This document shows, piece after piece, positions 63,458 to 64,000 of a stretch of DNA of 64,000 nucleotides (positions within the stretch are counted from its first letter, which is position 1; each line of letters begins with the position of its first letter). The notes beneath the pieces were generated by a model, which saw nothing but the letters and a program-made list of their open reading frames with translations, was not told where the DNA came from and ran no database searches. The stretch covers positions 20,685 through 84,684 of the forward strand of contig JBDRKL010000010.1 in the NCBI GenBank assembly GCA_043814055.1, given 5' to 3'. A program made the position numbers and the translations under genes. Source of the stretch: an archaeon. GTDB taxonomy: Archaea; Undinarchaeota; Undinarchaeia; Undinarchaeales; JBDRKL01.

Positions 63458-64000
63458 ATGGGTCAAGATAAAAGCAGTGAATACGTGCCGCGCGACCGAA
63501 AAGTGGTGAAATCGTGGTCAACTTTTCTTAATGCATTAAAAGGGAAAATCACAAGGGATCGAGCCAATGAAATACTTAAAAACTTAGACTTGGAGACGCT
63601 CATAAACGCTTTTGAAGGGCATTTTGGGGATACGCCAAATTTGATAAGATTTTATTTTTTTAAGGTCCATTCCGAAGATGTTCTATGGGCAGTTAAGCCA
63701 AATGAATTTCTTAAACATTTCAATGCCAATGATACAATAAAAGAGCATGGTTTAAAGCTAGACAGTACTGTGCCTATGCATAATGCCTTAGCTAACAGGT
63801 CTTTCAAGTCAATGCAGCACGTTAGCTGGTCAAATATCATAGAAGAGGTGATTGGTACGAATTATACAATAGGTAGTTCTGGAGGTAAGGGAAACAGACC
63901 TATATTCTATGATACAAACGAAATATACTTGCGGGTTTTAAAGGAGGGCGAATGTTTTGACTCGCCTAGGGTAAAATATTATAGAAGATCTCATGATATT
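63458..64000 (+). CDS. hypothetical protein, 5' partial view (ORF runs off the window)
   Basis: ATG at 63458, then 181 codons open to the window end (MGQDKSSEYVPRDRKVVKSW...). It is absent from the ORF track because no stop is reached. AT-rich. Confidence 0.45.
   Translation, partial: MGQDKSSEYVPRDRKVVKSWSTFLNALKGKITRDRANEILKNLDLETLINAFEGHFGDTPNLIRFYFFKVHSEDVLWAVKPNEFLKHFNANDTIKEHGLKLDSTVPMHNALANRSFKSMQHVSWSNIIEEVIGTNYTIGSSGGKGNRPIFYDTNEIYLRVLKEGECFDSPRVKYYRRSHDI

Overview
The window reads as an archaeal chromosome segment, and its gene content suggests a small-genome, DPANN-like lineage. Archaeal markers are aIF5A with the hypusine-site motif, aRF1 (NIKS and GGQ), a Nob1-type PIN/Zn-ribbon nuclease, Taw1, a four-subunit pyruvate:ferredoxin oxidoreductase (POR) operon, and intron-containing tRNAs. 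No rRNA genes, CRISPR arrays, integrases or transposases were recognised.

Most genes are housekeeping:
- Carbon metabolism: a divergent PEPCK-like gene, an aminotransferase, porGDAB and acs.
- Folate, purine and thymidylate genes: purN, folC, folD, thyX.
- Translation and tRNA biology: valS, csaA, aRF1, RNase Z, Taw1, and tRNA-Ser(CGA), tRNA-Ala(CGC) and tRNA-Ile(GAU).
- Ion transporters, and a bacterial-type metK.

A roughly 16 kb secretome operon (32349-48498) includes a 3227-aa repeat-rich surface protein.

Observations most worth follow-up:
1. A 130-140 nt intercistronic element occurs twice, at porA/porB and at ATPase/Zn-ribbon gene. Each copy starts on the upstream stop codon and ends on the downstream start codon. 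Conservation is at nucleotide and secondary-structure level rather than protein level.
2. An AT-rich orphan gene is inserted between porD and porA.
3. tRNA-derived debris and a 132-nt tRNA-like structured RNA sit around tRNA-Ser and tRNA-Ala.
4. A hairpin and TTGAYCAAA motif field surrounds tRNA-Ile.
5. A P-type ATPase has been reduced in frame to a 222-aa relic.
6. A P-loop ATPase/wHTH and Zn-ribbon gene pair is coupled to purN-folC.
7. Two secreted proteins share a PTGMIS motif at the start of their C-terminal anchors.

All calls rest on motif recognition by eye. No database search was run.
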